Notes under the pieces: generated by a model | The model's database searches: none | Told to the model about the DNA's origin: nothing | The model's input: the letters and a program-made list of their open reading frames with translations, nothing else | Made by a program: the position numbers and the translations under genes | Part shown: positions 62,811-64,000 of the stretch, piece after piece | How the letters are laid out: every line of letters starts with the position of its first letter | Position numbering within the stretch: the first letter of the stretch is position 1 | Assembly: GCA_028534125.1 (NCBI GenBank) | Contig: CM052818.1 | Coordinates: 37,264,001-37,328,000, forward strand | Reading direction: 5' to 3' | Origin: Lama glama | Taxonomy: Eukaryota | Length of the DNA stretch: 64,000 bases

Positions 62811-63357
62811 AGGTATTAGGAACTTTAAGGACATCGTCTTAGGCATCGATAACAATGTACACAACAAAAGATGGCACAAATACTGTAGTAATATTCCAGT
62901 GTGCTTTTAGGGTAGAATGAGGAAGTTGAGTTCTAGTGAAGGGGATTGGCTTTCCCAGGGCCACGCAGCCATCGAGCTGTCCAGCCAGCACTAGACCCCA
63001 TTTGTCTTCTCTAGGTGGCTTTTTCTGCCTCACCATAACTACCACTGCCAGACTGTGAAGTCACAAATCTCTGCCAGAGTCAAACATGAGGAATGTATTA
63101 TCTCTGAATCCAATGAAGGCTGGAGAACCAGATTTGGAAAAACAACAGGAATTAAGAATGGTGAGGCATTTGGAAGGACAGACTGGAACAGATCCTGGTC
63201 TGAAACAAGTCACGCCTTGGAATTAGCAGGTTAAGATAACTGCCCTGGCACTGGGCGCTCCCTGCCACTGCCCCCGAACCTCACGTTCCTCCCCGTCGGC
63301 TCACAGTCTTGGCACCGCTCTGCTCTCCTACTGAATAATTTCACAATTGTCCCTGCG

Positions 63358-63387
63358 TTTTTATTTTATTTTATTTTATTTTTTATT
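63358..63387. repeat. (TTTTA)n simple repeat
   Basis: direct read. Confidence 0.9.
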
Positions 63388-64000
63388 CCTTGATAATCCA
63401 AAATATCAGGCAGGAACAGGGAGAGGGAAGAGGGAGGCGACCCAGCTCCATCCTGATTTCTACTGTGTGAGGCAGGTGTGACCAGGACTTAGTCTAGCAG
63501 AGGGGTCCAGGTGCTGGGTAGCATTAAAACAGACAAACAAAACCTTGCCAAACCTTACCACTCACTGCGTCTTTTGGTCTTCAGTGCCTCCATCCCCTAG
63601 GTGACTTGTGGCTCACACAGAGCAGGTTTCCTTTAAGCGCTGAGAATAATGACCTAAGAAGAGGTACTGCTTTCATTTTCACTCTTTTTGAAAGAAAGTT
63701 CTGCACCTGTCCCCTTTCTTTACATATGTCTCCTTTTACCCATCTGGGAAATGAATGTGCTGTTTGGTTGGCCTCTTGGAGCACCATCCTTCTTCTGATG
63801 CTCAGGGGTTGCTTCATAGACCCACTCACTGTGGGATGTTGGTTACTTTCTGTGGAAATGTATGCTTGCCAACTTCTCTGTCTCAGCAAAGAAAGTAGGG
63901 TGACTGCTGAATGTGGCTTGTTGGTTGAGACCCTTGTAGAGTCTCTGTTACCACCCTGGGTGTCCACCTGCCTCTTGTAGAACTTCAGATGAGAGGGGAG

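Noticed and set aside
1..64000. Six-frame ORFs of 60-192 aa as protein-coding genes
   Set aside because: None resembles a cellular protein I recognise; lengths fit chance, and the only meaningful ones are L1 ORF1/ORF2 and CR1 RT relics.

Overview
AT-rich eutherian mammal non-coding DNA (intronic or intergenic). I find no recognisable protein-coding exon, RNA gene, CpG island or CRISPR array, and I cannot name the host locus. A large part is ancient transposable-element debris: MIR, L2, L1M, a CR1/L3 RT relic, MLT1 and ERV1 LTRs, and hAT/Tigger MITEs. There are also several microsatellites. I recognise no Alu, B1/B2, SINEC, Bov or PRE/ERE SINEs. A young-looking ERV1 LTR resembles elements I recall from camelid/cetartiodactyl genomes (inference). 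The main observations are: (1) twin perfect hairpins with the same apex at 53678-53757, resembling a templated-insertion or template-switch scar; (2) an old L1 5' end carrying duplicated CCAAT boxes 32 bp apart, a splice donor and a CTCF-like core; (3) an L2>L1>LTR nested stack with two TSD-bounded solo LTRs; (4) three strong minus-strand exon candidates that may belong to a lncRNA. TE family names come from recalled consensus sequences, and most TE boundaries are approximate.
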